The notes beneath the pieces are model-generated. The model made no database searches. It was not told where the DNA came from and worked only from the letters and a program-made list of their open reading frames with translations. This document shows positions 56,695 to 64,000 of a DNA stretch of 64,000 bases, piece after piece. A program made the position numbers and the translations under genes. Within the stretch, counting starts at the first letter, position 1, and every line of letters begins with the position of its first letter. This DNA is from Eledone cirrhosa (Eukaryota). The DNA is taken from the NCBI GenBank assembly GCA_964016885.1, contig OZ024740.1, positions 275,962,001 to 276,026,000 on the forward strand. Direction: 5' to 3'.

Positions 56695-58700
56695 CTTGGT
56701 GTGTAGCTTCCAGAGGTCCCAGAAACCTACTGAATACTTTTATCTAATCAACTCGAGGTCGTCCAGGTTAGTCTTCAAATTTATTATTATTACTATATAT
56801 ATATAGTAGCAGCTGAAAATGAACACAGAAAAACAGTTACATAAAACAGACAGACAAATGTGTCTCTACTTCATCAGCCGCCTTGCTGGCATGCAACTTC
56901 TCGCATTAAAGTGGAATTGCATTTATAATGGCAGTTTGCGCAACTGATTCGAAAGCAGCTATGTTAGTAAAATGTATGTGAGACAATGAGAAAACAAAGA
57001 ACGGGCAGGAAAGAATACGGGTATCATTTGACAAAAACAATGAAAAAATTATTTAAAATATTACGAGTAGAAATAATTAAACTATATATTTATCGTGTAA
57101 AATGCGCAATATGTTAAAACTGGAAAGATTTTTTTAAATTAGACTTTCGCCAAAAGAATATGAATTCTATTGCATCGAAGTTATAATGATTCCCAGAAGC
57201 TGACTGAAGAGAAAGGTCTGTCAATTTTTTCCGTTGTATTTGTCTTGTACGTCCCCACATTTTTTTTTATTCATATTCGATATGGCCATCGCTACGCGGA
57301 TCTTTTTAACATCTATCTAAAAATGACATTACGCTGCCCACAATCCATCTTCCTTTTTTTCCTTCCTTTCATGTACGTCTACTTTTTCTCCCTTTCTTTT
57401 TTTTATTGCCATCTCTCTCCTTCAAAGGACAGCTGGTCGCTGAGAATTCCCTTGTCCGGAATTCGCAAGTTATAGATTTATCATTAATCGATAATCAGCT
57501 GATTCTCCACGAAATTTGAAATAGTACTGTACCAGCTTAGATGTGTATTTTTGTACTCCGGCGGATTTGTGTGTGCTAAGCTAGGAGGATACTGGCTTCA
57601 TCACTCGATATCACATGATTTTTTAGTATTTGAATAGCTTGTAGCCTTAGAATGTGACCTTATCAAATGAACGCCTCAAAAGACTAATAATATTAGGTCG
57701 AGAGAGTTGCATACATGCCAACTCTGCAAAACATTGTAAGTCACTTGCAGGTCTAAAAATCCATATTCCTTTGCAATACCTATATGACTGATGTCGTTTG
57801 ATAAAGACACTCAATCATTGGGTGGCTAAACGACTAAAGTCTGTCTCGAGCTCAAAAGCTCATCAGGTAGGTACTTATCCCGGTTTCCCTGGCGTGAAGT
57901 GACTGAGAGTACAAGACTCACCACTGGACAAGACGTCAATCCATCACAGGATTAAACCCCTCTCTGTTGCTAGTACTTATTTTCAGCTGAGTATCCTGGA
58001 GCAACATGAAATGAAGTAGTTTGCTCAAGAACACAACACACAACCCAGTCCAGGAATCTCACTTACTACATTATTATTCAACACCCTTCCCACTAGGTCA
58101 CACACCTGTGGGGTGGCTGCTATCATATACATGTATATTGGAATTCCACATAGTATTCTTCTTTTAGATTCTTCTGATAAGTTATTCAACAACCTGGAGC
58201 AATGATAAAAGACACTTGTTCAGGTTACTATACTGATGGATTGAGTTCAGTACCACGTGATTGCAAAACAAACTTTCTAACTACACTGACATGCATGTTG
58301 AGAATTTCATTTGTTGCTAAAGATGGATCACGCACATTTTGAAGAATAATCTAAGTGCAAGTAATAAAATACCCCTAAAAAAAAAGAAAAAAGATTATCA
58401 GAAAGCGTAAAATCTCTTAGGGATTTCAGTGAATTGAAAATGCTAACAGAACATTAGAGATTAGAAAGAAAAAAAAAGGAAGAAAAATGAAAGGAGAGAA
58501 AAGAAAAGGATGAAAAAGGAATAAATACAAAGGTAGAATAACAAACAGTATTAAACTATAATGAAAAATTATTAGATTCTAAGTAAAAGATATGAAATGA
58601 AAACAGAAAAATACCACAAAACAAAAGTGGCGAAGAAAAATGAATCAGAAAAATATGGAAAAGTGATCATTATTATCATCATCATCATCATCATTATTAC

Positions 58701-58759
<59 letters not shown>

Positions 58760-59280
58760 AATATCTGGTTGATGTTGATAGGGACAGATTGTTAAATAAT
58801 TTTATTTTTTTAATCTGAAGAAGATTTTACTGACTCAAATACTTTAATTTAGAAGGAGTTCAAGAAATGTTATTTCTCAGGTGAAAAATTCTGTATATAT
58901 TTGTTAGTTTAGTTTTTTTACCTTTTTTTTTTTTGTATTATTTTATTATCTGCTTTTTTGTTGTTATTCTTCTTATTGTTTTTTCTCTTTTTTTCTCATC
59001 ACTTATTGTTTTTCACTGTGTGAATTTTGCCGTCTCTCTCTCTACCAAATGTTCATTCTTTCCCTCACTACCACTTTCTTTTTCACACGCTATCCTTCCG
59101 CATCACTTTATCTCTGTCATTTTTTGTTCTTTATCTTTATCTATCTATTAGTCTGTCTATCTATCTATCTATATATCTATCTGTCTGTCTATCTAGCTAT
59201 CTATATATCTATCTATCTGCCTGTCTACCTATCTATATATCTATCTATCCTATCTATCTAGCTGCCTGTCTATCTGCCTG

Positions 59281-59366
<86 letters not shown>

Positions 59367-59860
59367 AAAAACGAAGGAGAGGCGGTTTTCCTTTGTGTGA
59401 TAGCTATGGCGAAAGAGGTTGTATGGTGGACAAGGTTGAAAGGGCTGAGGTCAGACACCTTTCTCTCCGGCCAACAACTGATTCTTTTTTTCAAATACCA
59501 CTTTGGAAGAAGAATCAGGATGGAGAGAGAGGTGCTGTACCCCAGCAAGTTTTATGAAAGGTGGGTGAAAGTGGCGAGAATGGCCCGAGTGAATGGGCCT
59601 TCTCTCTATATCAGCCTGTAGGTTGAGGAAAAGGAGGAGGAGAGGAAGGGAGTACAAGCTCTTCGTACTCCTGGAGATGAGGGTTGCACATTTTTTTCGG
59701 GGGTCTGTGTTACCCATATAAACTGTCTCCCTCTATTGGGGAAAATCGACTAACTTTTAAATTCCATCTGTGATAACATTTTACACGTTTTTATTGTATG
59801 TAAACTTCCCCCTTTGTATTTGTCCCCTTCTTTTGTGCCCCTGTGGCTAATAAAGAAATA
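59367..59860 (+). mobile_element. Tx1-like 3' end in (TATC)n
   Basis: IAMAKEVVWWTRLK...RRIRMERE..F.ERW plus UTR ending GTGGCTAATAAAGAAA; TATC repeats on both sides. Confidence 0.8.
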
Positions 59861-60328
59861 TATCTATCTGCCCGTCTCTCTCTCTCTCTCTCATGTGCAG
59901 CACAAACGCTTCCTTACTTTGAAATTTAATACTCAAAAGCTGAAACAAATAAAAGACATAACCAAAAGTATGTTTAAAAAAAAAGACAAAAAAGAAGACA
60001 AAAAACAACAATAACAAATAAAAAGCCCACAGACAAAACAAAAGCAAGACACAATAGAACATGTGAATCCTTCTGGTAATTATGAAAGAATGGTTAAATG
60101 TTTTGGCATAATATCTTTTGAGGTCTGGGTATTTTTGTAAAGGAATTAAAAGAAAACAATAAACGCTCCATGTTTCTGGGCATGGTGACAGAACTAACAG
60201 TTTCTTTCAGGAATTTTTATTTAATGTATTTATTTGTTTTTATTATTTTGTTGTTATATTTTTGTTGTTGTTATTATGTTGTTGTTGCTTTAACTTGATC
60301 TTGCATTATGTTTTTAGTTTAATACGTA

Positions 60329-60359
<31 letters not shown>

Positions 60360-60368
<9 letters not shown>

Positions 60369-60530
60369 GGTATGTTCCTGTATGTATGTGTTTGCGTGGG
60401 TGTGTACGTTTCTGTGTGTGTTTGTGTGTGTGTGTGTGTGAGCGTGTGAGAGTGTGTGTGTGAGCGTGTGAGAGTGTGTGTGTGTCTGAGCATGCGTGAG
60501 TGTGTTTGTGTATGTGTGGGAGCATACGTG

Positions 60531-60580
<50 letters not shown>

Positions 60581-60930
60581 CGTGCATTAGTGTTTGTGCG
60601 TGTGTGAGCATGCGTGAGAGTGTTTGTGTGTGTGTGTGAGCGTGCATGGGTGTTTGGGTGTGTATGAGCTTGTGTGAGTGTGTTTATGTGTGTGCGAGCA
60701 TGCGAGAGTGTGCTTGTGTGTGTGTGCGAGCGTGGAAGAGTGTGTCTGTGTGTGTGTGATCGTGCGAGAGTGTGTTTGTGTGCGTGAGCATGCAAGAATG
60801 CGTTTGTGTTTGTGTCTGTTGCGAGCAAAAGTGTGTTTGGGTGTTTGTTTGTTTGTGTTTGTATGCGTCAGTGTATTTTGTATATGTATATATGTGTGTG
60901 TATATATTTGTGTATATGTTCGTATACGTA
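60360..60930. repeat. Degenerate (TG)n-derived array
   Basis: GTGTGTGAGCGTG/GCATG variants. Confidence 0.8.
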
Positions 60931-61489
60931 TCACTTTTTAACAGATTTTTTGTATATTTATTTGTTTTTTAGTTGTGAATATATTAATATAATATGGGGT
61001 GTGGTGGCTAAGTTGATAAGGCACCAACCAATTTGTTTGTTTGTTTTTTTTTTGTTTGTGCATGAGTCATGCGTTGGTTTATCACTATGTGCATACACTG
61101 CATCATGTTTCCCTTTGATTGTTTTTTTATTGTTATTTTGTTATTCTTGTTGTTTTTGTCTTGTCTTGGACAGAACAATTAACTTTACTTCGCAACAATC
61201 CGAGCAGATGCCAAATGCCATTACTGTTGTTCTCTTTTGCAATCAACACACAACAACTAAACTGTAAAAGAGATTGTTTTGTATCTTGGTAAACTGGTTA
61301 GTTATATATACAGTCTTGTACTACTGGGGTGACTATCATACCTGCTTTTGTGTCTATCCAAACGTGAGTATATATATACACATGTGTAGCAGCCTATATA
61401 TATATGTATATATATATATATATATCATCATCATTTTTATCATTATCATCATTTTAAGTCCGCTTTTCCCTGCTTGCAAGGGTGGGACG

Positions 61490-61546
<57 letters not shown>

Positions 61547-61550
<4 letters not shown>

Positions 61551-61690
61551 CATATTAACAATATGCTATGCCTTCCTCAGACAAAATACAATATAAACAG
61601 TTTTATAGATAAATAGATTTTGTATTTTGTCTGAGGAAGGCATAGCATATTGTTAATATGATATCCCTGAAATATATATAATGAAATATA
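61547..61690 (+). ncRNA. Hammerhead motif (61623-61688) with inverted partial copy (61547-61591)
   Basis: TATTTTGT-CTGAGGA-AGG..CATAT-TGTTA-ATATG..CCT-GAAA-TATATA-TA-ATGAAATA. Confidence 0.7.
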
Positions 61691-61768
61691 TATGTATATA
61701 TATATATTAGAAAGTTAGATTTTTTTACAAAATGAAAAATAACCGAGGTGTCCTACACGAGTGAAAGT

Positions 61769-61981
61769 ATAGGGAAAAAATATGAAATCGAAAATGCAAC
61801 TGGAGTCTTATTTAAAAAAATATATATATATTTATTTGGTTCCTGAAAAAAACCACAGACCCTCCATCTCAACTCTACTTTTGAAAAGCAGAAGAACTGC
61901 GAAACCGGTAAAGGAACCAAATAAATATATATATATTTTTTTTAATAAGACTCCAGTTGCATTTTCGATTTCATCTTTTCT

Positions 61982-61986
<5 letters not shown>
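61769..61986. mobile_element. Inverted-repeat cassette with variant hammerhead in the spacer (61878-61913 +)
   Basis: Arms ~61769-61844/61912-61986; CTT-TTGAAAA-GCAG-AAGAA-CTGC-GAAA-CCGG-TA-AAG. Confidence 0.7.
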
Positions 61987-62027
<41 letters not shown>

Positions 62028-62181
62028 TATGAAGAGAGAAGAAACATTTAGATATAATTAGTAATAAAATGTATCATACCTAAACTGTTCCTAAATTCCT
62101 TAACTCCGCACCCTTAACTCACAGTTGGGTGCGGATGCACTCGTGTATATATGTGTGTGTCCGCATGTATCTGTGTGTTTC

Positions 62182-62342
<161 letters not shown>

Positions 62343-62563
62343 TGAAGGCGTGTGGCTGAGTGGTTAGAGAATTGGATTCACAATCTTGAGGTTGTGAGTC
62401 CGATTCCTGGACCGGGCGATGCGTTATGCCCTTGAGCAAGGCACTTTATTTCACGTTGCTCCTTCTACCTGGAGTTGCGACCGATAGATAGTATTAGCAA
62501 CTGGAAAGACCAGCGGAAACATTGTTTCCTCGGTCCGATTTGACGAAAGTCGATCGCTAAAAA

Positions 62564-62631
<68 letters not shown>

Positions 62632-62660
62632 TATAAATATACATATATATATAATATATA

Positions 62661-63848
62661 TATAGTGTAAGAGTCAGGTCTATAACTTCACATTGGTGAC
62701 CTTGAGCCAATCCTCTGCAAAAACGCACGTAACAGGTAATATATATCTGTATATATATATAAAGCTGAAGTTTTCTGTGTGTGTGTGGACAATTTTTAAT
62801 GAGGGCTCATATATTCTAAACCATTCATGCGATTGTTTTGAAATTTTTTACAGGGCTTCTCCTTGCACAAAACCTGTGCATGATCTACAAAGGCTTTCAA
62901 AAATCGATATTGGGGAGACATTAAAAAACTTTCGATTATTTGTGTCAATTTTCGTGATTAAGTAAGACAAGAGTTATCTTTCGTCAATACAATAGGAACT
63001 CATTTTTGATGTTGGAAAACATTTTGTTTTGGGATTTTGATGATTACAATTCGGCTCATTCGGATTTTACTTTACTCTTTGTACTTGAAACAAAAGGTTT
63101 TACTGTTGTCAAAAAGTTATACCTAGACTGGATTTCTGTTGTTACATGGGATAACGGATGACATCGAGCTCACATATATATACTAGCTAAAGTACCCGTC
63201 CTTTGGTCGGTTCAAGTAGCTTTCGATGTAGCTCATAAAACTAAACAAAGTAAATTTGAATACATAGAAGAAAAACGTACTTTTTGTAAACATGAAAACC
63301 TTAGGCACTATTCTAGCGAAATAATTAATATGTGAGCTCGATGTCATCCGTTATCCCATGTAACAACAGAAATCCAGTCTAGGTATAATTTTTGTTGACA
63401 ACAGTAAAACCTTTTGTTTCAAGTACAAAGAGTAAAGTAAAATCCGAATGAGCCGAATTGTAATAATCAAAATCCCAAAACAAAATTTTTGACATCAAAA
63501 ATAAGTTCCTATTGTATTGAGGAAAGATAACTCTTGTCTTACTTAATCACGAAAATTGACACAAATAACCGAACATTTTTTAATGTCTCCAAAGGCCCCA
63601 ATATCGATTTTTGAAAGGCTTTGTAGATCATGTCCAGGTTTTGTGCAAGGGGAAGCTCTGTAAAAAATTTCAAAGAAATCGCATGAATGGTTTAGAATAT
63701 ATGAGCCCTCATTAAAAATTGTCCACACACACACGCAAAACTTCAGCTTTATATATATACAGATATATATTACCTGTTGCGTGCGTTTTTGCAGAGGATT
63801 GGCTCAACGTCACCAATGTGAAGTTATAGACCTGACTCTTACTCTATA
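62661..63848. repeat. ~1.2-kb palindrome (arms ~520 bp) built on a non-autonomous Helitron (63183-63763 minus)
   Basis: 62661-63180 inverted against 63328-63848; Helitron 5' TC-TGTATATATATAAAG, 3' imperfect hairpin + CTAG. Confidence 0.8.
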
Positions 63849-63889
63849 TATATATTATATATATATATGTATATTTATATATATATGTA

Positions 63890-63973
<84 letters not shown>

Positions 63974-64000
63974 GTTAGGTTTGTTGGTTCACCACTGGAT

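Overview
AT-rich, microsatellite-saturated eukaryotic DNA with no recognisable host gene exon. The repeat make-up (very long TA/TG/GATA/TAA arrays, tRNA-derived SINEs, R4/Dong, Tx1, RTE and Penelope elements) suggests a cephalopod, probably Octopus; this is inference. All credible coding sequence is retrotransposon-derived: two R4/Dong-like LINE remnants, a decayed Tx1 LINE, a Neptune-like Penelope element, a second Penelope GIY-YIG remnant, and small RTE and CRE-like fragments. There are also hAT, Tc1/pogo and Helitron non-autonomous elements. The main unexplained structure is roughly 25-30 hammerhead-ribozyme (HHR) motifs, read by eye, in at least 10 unrelated sequence families. They lie mostly in short cassettes next to (TA)n, often as fold-back palindromes, and once as a ~558-bp tandem array. 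Many have palindromic stem III (dimer-competent), long or branched stem II inserts, and recurrent core variants (CAGAAGA; UUGANAA). Folds were assigned manually and activity is untested.
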